A stretch of 64,000 bases of DNA, from NCBI GenBank assembly GCA_030141605.1, contig JAQGDQ010000296.1:1-64000 (forward strand), given 5' to 3'. This document shows, one piece after another, positions 63,894-64,000 of this stretch. The DNA comes from Tubiluchus corallicola. Its lineage: Eukaryota; Animalia; Priapulida. Under the pieces are notes generated by a model. The model saw nothing but the letters and a program-made list of their open reading frames with translations. It was not told the origin of the DNA and made no database searches. The first letter of the stretch is position 1. Every line of letters starts with the position of its first letter. The translations under genes were made by a program, and so were the position numbers.

Positions 63894-64000
63894 GAGTAAT
63901 TTCGACCATTAAATCCCACTAATGATCAATTCTCTACCTAGTTAGAAATGTTTAATTTTTTGTTACATGAAACCAATTCAGTAAGTTGAATTACCAATAA

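Overview
AT-rich, intron-rich animal (invertebrate) genomic DNA, not prokaryotic. Seven spliced protein-coding genes can be built by hand from GT-AG junctions and consistent phases. They are an MTMR9-like pseudophosphatase, an SLC16/MCT-family transporter (+), a secreted two-EF-hand protein (+), two tandem LKAAEAR1-like genes (+), a ZnT2/SLC30A2-like zinc exporter (-) with an upstream cluster of metal-response elements, and an RPUSD3-like pseudouridine-synthase homologue (+). Introns and intergenic DNA carry many decayed mobile elements: Tigger/pogo, hAT, PIF/Harbinger-like MITEs, a Helentron-associated-like element with a 149-bp internal satellite, two CR1/L2-type LINEs, a Maverick/Polinton-type polB remnant and Gypsy fragments. 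The most unusual feature is the MTMR9 locus. Its intact exons lie on both strands and out of order: E1-E8 on minus, E9-E11 on plus, E12 back on minus between the two blocks. Every visible splice site and phase is preserved. An assembly error, a real double rearrangement and trans-splicing cannot be told apart from this window alone. All family assignments are from recalled motifs, not database searches.
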